64,000 bases of DNA from assembly GCA_964252035.1 (NCBI GenBank), contig OZ176213.1; one strand, given 5' to 3'. The stretch is from Podarcis erhardii (taxonomy: Eukaryota). The notes beneath the pieces are model-generated. The model worked only from the letters and a program-made list of their open reading frames with translations. It made no database searches and was not told the origin of the DNA. A program made the position numbers and the translations under genes. Shown here in pieces: positions 63,011 through 64,000 of the stretch (the stretch's first letter is position 1; each line of letters starts with the position of its first letter).

Positions 63011-63607
63011 TGGTACTCCTGCCTTCAGAAAGAAATGTGTGAGGGTTATCTAGCTATTTATCTGATGATGGGGGAATGTCTGAAAACTTAGAGGAACCCC
63101 ACAATTACACAGAAACAAACATTTTTTTTTTTGCCAGGGCTGTTGAACTTTGGGTAAAAAAAATGAGGGGTGGTTTGTTTGTTTTTTAACATTGCCAAAA
63201 ATGTTAGTGAAAATCTGTAAGTAAGTTTCATCAAAAGCCAACTCGTAAGCTTTATTGTGTTTCAGGAAAGCTTCCCAACAGAATTTATTACAGTGATCTT
63301 AATTAAATTAATATTCCTGAGTGCAAGGCTTCCGGGATATGAAGCTGGTATGAGGTTCATTGACTTTTACTTAGAGGGTAAAGTTTTCAGTTTTGCATTC
63401 TCGTGGGGTCATATGAAAAATTTATGATAGAAGCAGAATTTTTGCTGGAGGCAATGGCATCCTCCTGCAATTAAAACACTTTCAATATTCTTTCTTCTCT
63501 CCCTCCCTCCCCACCTTACTCTTTTCATATAAAACAGTGATAGTAGCTTTATTCTGTTGTGCCTTTTTTAGCCCAAGTTTTGCAAGCAGTTTACAAATCA
63601 TTACGTC

Positions 63608-63925
63608 AGGGATGGGGAATCTCAGGCTGGGGGCCGAACATGGCCCTCCCAGGCCCCCTATCTGGCCCCCAGGACTCTCCTAAGGCCATACCTCTGACTT
63701 GTTTTATACCGTCCTTGTGTCCTTGAGCTTGGATAATGCCTCATGGTGTCTAGATGGGGGGGGGCAGAGAGGAGAGTGTGAGTGTGTGAAGGTACTGGCT
63801 TACTTTACAAAGGCAAAATTTGCACTTGCTACTCTGCTTGTTTCTGCCACTGTCTCTGGCCACCACTGGCATGTGGCCCTTGGAAGGTTGCCTATAGGAG
63901 GATGTGGCCCTCCAGCTGAATAAGA
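63608..63925. mobile_element. hAT-type MITE (right end decayed)
   Basis: CAGGGATGGGGAATC start with GGCCC subterminal repeats. Confidence 0.55.
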
Positions 63926-64000
63926 TTTATGACAATGCCACCAAAGACCAGCAGAAATTGCTCAGGAATGGCAGATGAAGCCTACAACCTGATTCTGCAA

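Noticed and set aside
1-64000. CRISPR array, rRNA or prokaryotic operon
   Set aside because: There is no regularly spaced repeat-spacer array and no rRNA motif; the sequence is vertebrate genomic DNA.

Overview
This is eukaryotic, repeat-rich, apparently non-coding DNA from a squamate reptile. The Sauria/Squam1, Squam3-like and POM-type SINE sequences point to a lacertid lizard (recognised from memory of family consensus, not searched). I found no host protein-coding gene that I can support, and no true tRNA, rRNA or CRISPR array. Nearly all short ORFs in the track are noise or antisense shadows. The only long ORF (55438-58569) belongs to a defective Ty1/copia LTR retrotransposon. That element has a 5' LTR, a half-tRNA-iMet primer site and gag-PR-IN, but its RT core is deleted and its 3' LTR is missing. 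The rest is a mosaic of solo LTRs (two with perfect 5-bp TSDs), Bov-B, L1, L2, CR1 and RTE-X-like LINE fragments, several tRNA-derived SINE families, hAT, Tc1/pogo and Harbinger-type MITEs, and microsatellites. Between these lie unique TAAT-rich blocks that look like conserved non-coding enhancers (inference only). The most notable observations are: a complex inverted-plus-direct duplication at 23895-25082; a Penelope remnant carrying a minimal hammerhead ribozyme at 29906-30106; and the unusual 5' coding architecture of the copia element. I do not see strong evidence for a wholly new biological system; these are candidates for follow-up.
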